From the NCBI RefSeq assembly GCF_009914755.1, contig NC_060926.1: a stretch of 64,000 bases of DNA; one strand, given 5' to 3'. A program made the position numbers and the translations under genes. The notes beneath the pieces were generated by a model that did not search any database, was not told the DNA's origin, and was given only the letters and a program-made list of their open reading frames with translations. Below, one piece after another: positions 59,857 to 64,000 of the stretch. Origin of the DNA: the human T2T-CHM13v2.0 reference genome, Homo sapiens. Each line of letters opens with the position of its first letter. Position 1 is the first letter of the stretch.

Positions 59857-61589
59857 CTAAGAATTGGAGTAGACACTGAGAGAAAGTAATAGCCAACATA
59901 ACTCAATCAGAAAAACCATAATTTAGATAAACTGTAAATCAGTTTATCTCACATATTATACTTGATTATTGTGTCTATTAATTATAGTCAAGTAAAAATC
60001 AGGCAAAAAATCCAACTTTCAGTGCCTGAATCCATGGTAAGTTCATGCACCAGGTGTCTGAAAACATGCTTTTTTTAACCAAGGATGTATTACTAAGTAG
60101 CTATGTTAACGTGACAAAAATAGCCATTTGGATCTTAATTTCCTTATCTTGAAAATTGTCATTTTTGTTAGATTACCTCTTTTAACATAAAAATTCTATA
60201 ACTAGACTAAGATTAAACATATGAGATTTTTATCACCAAAATAAATTTAGGGTTAAGTTCATGAATCCTTAATTCTTAGCCCTACACTTCACTCAGCCCT
60301 TAACTTCAGCTAACATTAGACTCTCTGACATCAAAGGCCATGACAACATTATATGCTGCATGTTTTCAGTATTTCTTCCCCATTTTTCTTCCTTCTTGAT
60401 TGCTTTCTTGCCAAGCTGTCTAACATTGCACATTGATTAACATCTAGCAGTCATTGAAGACTGACTTACTGATCAGCACACAGTAGCCTATGAATCTTTT
60501 CAGAATCTATTCTGAATCCCCAGTTTTTGGAAATGGCCAAGGACCACAAGTCTAATATATTCCAAATTAAGAATACAGAAAAAGCAATCTGTTCTCACAG
60601 ATTAAACGGAGAAAACCAATACATCTCAGATAGCAATTTTATGGTGTTATATACGTTCCTATATAAAATAATTTTTAAATGTTTGTCCTTTTCCATACAC
60701 ACAAACAGATACACACATTCACATTCACAATAACCCACGGAGCTCGCCTACTCTATATTCTCCAGCAAATAGAAGTGCAATCTTCCCTACAGAATCTTTT
60801 GAATCTAAAAAAAGACAAAAACATTTCATGGAGAAAAAAGCCTTTAAAGGTGGTTAACAAAAAGTAATTTGTACTTTCCATGCAATCACTTGTAGGTTCC
60901 TCAGTATAAATCTATATGAATATATTCAATAATTCTAGAAAACAACATTCATTCCCACTTCCAATTTGTCTACCACTGAATAAAAAGGCTACTGAAAATA
61001 AAGGAAATGTTTAAACCATAATTTTAAAAGACAGAAAATGAAGTAACAGAATCTAGTGGATTAATTTTCTATCCCACTGCTATCTTACACAACAATCTTT
61101 TCCATTCCCCTGAAAATACGTAGAAAGCATTTCTATGTAAAGCACACATGAAAAAGGGACATGAAGGCAAAATGTTACTTCAGTTAGCAGTTACTGAGAG
61201 TAACTTAATAAATAAATGGCTAAGAATTTTGTTATAATCACACAAAATAGCTCAGATCTCCTTATATTAAAGCATAGTATGTGATAACTCCCAAACATCT
61301 CATTTGGAGAATAAGCAGATAATAACCAAATAAAAAGTCACATTACTGTATTATCCTCTCTTTTAGAAAATTTCAGAGCATCAAACATTCTGGCTGGATT
61401 GATTGTTTTATAATTCTTCAACAAAGCAATTTTCCTTTGCTCCAATTCCTACTCCTGGGTTGAGATCTCTCAATGACCCTTAAACATGTACCTTCCTATA
61501 TGTAAACACACACAGCCAAATGCAAAGTTTCAGAACAAATATTTATTCAAATGTATAGGTATACTCAAGGTATATATTTGAGTAAATAT

Positions 61590-61947
61590 ATATATATATT
61601 TTTTTCTTTTCTGAGACGGAGTCTCACTCTGTTGCCTAGGCTGGAGTGCAGTGGTATGATCACGGTTCACTGCAACCTCCGCTTCCCGAGTTCAAGCCAT
61701 TCTCCTGCCTCGACCTCCCAAGTAGCCAGGATTACAGGTGTGTGCAAGCCATCCTCCTGCCTCAACCTCCCAAGTAGCCAGGATTACAGGCGTGTGCCAC
61801 CACACGTGGCTAATTTTTTGTATTTTTAGTAGAGATGGGGTTTCACCATGTTGGCCAGGCTGGTCTCGAACTCCCGACCTCAAGCGATCTGTCTGCCTTG
61901 GTCTCCCAAAGTGCTGGGATTACAGGTCTGAGCCACCGCGCCTGGCC
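61590..61947 (-). mobile_element. AluS with an internal 52-bp tandem duplication and a (TA)n-converted tail
   Basis: Dimer on the minus strand with TSD tgagtaaatat. The block at 61693-61744 is repeated at 61745-61796. Confidence 0.95.
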
Positions 61948-62699
61948 TGAGTAAATATTCTGAATGAAATATTTGTTATTTCATGCTTAGGAATTTATTT
62001 CTAGGAAAAAGTTATTATATACATTTTATATGTCTTAAAGGAGCGGGATGTTCCACAAAGATAGTGGGCCAGATATTGAATCTGCAACAAATATAAAATC
62101 AATTCAACTGGATTTCTGCCAGTAACAACACAGTAAGATCTCACCAGACCAACTAATGCAGAGAAAGAAAAAACCCTAAAGTATCTGAATACAATCCAAA
62201 AACAGCTACCTGAATGTATTTGTGCATTTGTTATCCCCGATATGTAAAATCAGTTTCTTCAAGGAATAGTACTCATTTTTTCCTTATGCCCTGAATTATT
62301 TAGTTTACTATAGTGTTTTTCCCATAATAATTGTTCAATATATTTATTTGTTAAACTGAATACTCTGAGCTCAATAAGGTTGATTAACTGTAACTGACTT
62401 TAGCAGAGGTACTGAAATGACTCTTGCCCTGGCCAGATCCTACACACTGGTTATATAAAAGTGTACTTCAAAAGATACAGGTCTGTAGGCATGGTCTGAC
62501 ACGTTACAGTGGACAAGAAAATAGCTGAATCACCTTTCCCAGAATTCTCTCTTTCATCATAAATGTAGCAACACTTACTACGAAGTGGGTTATCTCCTCA
62601 CAGTGTTTAAGATTCTTCTTGCTCGGGGCCGGATGCAAGATAATAGGTCAGTCCCTACTACACAGACATAACAGGAATGTTTTCAGGGCATTATTTGCT

Positions 62700-62885
62700 G
62701 TGTCAATGAGTACCTTTGAGGTCTATGGGAAAAAATTATCTTAGGTTTAAATACAAGAAATAAAAAAAGTACTTTATGAAGCTATAGGGAAGTTCAAAAG
62801 AGATCATGTACATTGAAGTATTTAGCACACTGTCCAGCCCATGATCAGTATATAAGTGATATCATTACTATTATTACTATTATCC
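62700..62885 (+). mobile_element. MIR 3' fragment
   Basis: catgtacattgaagtatttagcacactgtccagcccatgatcagta...attactattattactatt. Confidence 0.6.
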
Positions 62886-64000
62886 AAAACGACTGCCTTA
62901 TTCATAGTTATAAATGCACAGTTCATATAACTTATTTGTTCACAGCTACTAGAAAATGAAAAAGTAATACTTATCCCAGACATTTATTGACTTCCTATAA
63001 TGTCCCAGGATCCTGCCTTTTTGATAGAATTATTTTACATAATTTTGGTAATATGTTGCCAATACCTTATGATCCCCAGAGAGAAAATAATTTTAGTAAA
63101 CTTGTGCCCCTAGATGATATAGTTTGAGCCTGGGAGAACACACTCTTAATAGCAATTGAAGTAATACATCAGTCATTCATCATGGATCAATGCTAACAGT
63201 TTATGCTTTTTTGTGACTGTTTTGTTTCTGTTTCTTGTGTGCTTGTTTTCATGGTTGGATGATTTTATAGTTAAGATATCATGAAGTAAGAGGAGTTCTA
63301 GTGAAGGCACAAAGAATATATATCTAAAAATAGTCAGTGCAGTGAAATTAACCCAATTCAACCAGGACAATGTCTTCCTTTGGCTGGTTACTGTAAAATC
63401 AGCAAAATGTGATAAAGGAGTAAACCGAGAATAAAGTCCCTGCTGTTAATATTCAGAGTGCTTTAGGATAAAAACAAAACCATTGGGGGTAATAAACAGA
63501 TAATACCAAATCAAAGGAGCATGGATAAGGTAATAAATACATAAGGTAGAAGCAATTTGGGAACTGGGCAGATAGACTGCATGATAGAGTAGGCCACTGA
63601 GGAGCAAATGTTTACCTAAGAATGCAAATGACTTTAAGACCTCAGAGGACAGAGACATAAATGTTCAATTTATTTCAGTAAACATATATTGCCACTGTTG
63701 TAGATAATAATGCATCTATGGAGAAAATAAAACAAAAACAAAGCAAAAATCCTAACAAATGTACATGTATGAATATCCCTTAATAAGTGCAGCGGCAAGT
63801 GAACTGAAAGCTAAAATGCCCAATTCAATTACCATCATTACTGCTGTCAAAGCATACAAACAAATATGTTACCAATAGGAATGTGTTCTTTTTTCCTTTG
63901 GATACACTGGGTATAACATCCTGCATGTGAACAAAATCACCAAATTATTCAGGATAATAGCATTAACTAGGTTCTGGGTATCACCCAAGGCTGAAAGAAA

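Overview
This is AT-rich primate (most likely human or other great ape) genomic DNA, dominated by interspersed repeats. It holds three young L1PA insertions, older L1MA/L1PA15-16/L1ME pieces, about 13 Alus, a complete two-LTR THE1A MaLR element, about 10 solo ERV1/ERVL/MaLR/ERVK LTRs, Tigger/MER DNA-transposon fossils, and MIR and L2 fragments. The only recognisable host-gene sequence is a disabled processed pseudogene of MED28 (about 47.9-49.15 kb, + strand). I see no CpG island, intact protein-coding gene, RNA gene or CRISPR-like array. Nearly all ORFs in the track are L1 ORF2, Alu, THE1-internal or chance AT-rich read-through. Several strong minus-strand acceptor/donor pairs in unique sequence, and a plus-strand bias of the large L1/LTR insertions, suggest the window lies inside a minus-strand spliced, probably non-coding, transcription unit (inference). 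The most interesting signals are: an apparent L1 3' transduction of about 320 bp inside an MLT1A LTR, with weaker transduction-like tails on the other two L1PA copies; a consensus-identical AluY that is probably very recent; and a set of small templated-insertion or fold-back scars. I find no evidence for a wholly new biological system. Repeat subfamily names come from recalled consensus sequences, not a database search, and boundaries of old repeats are approximate.
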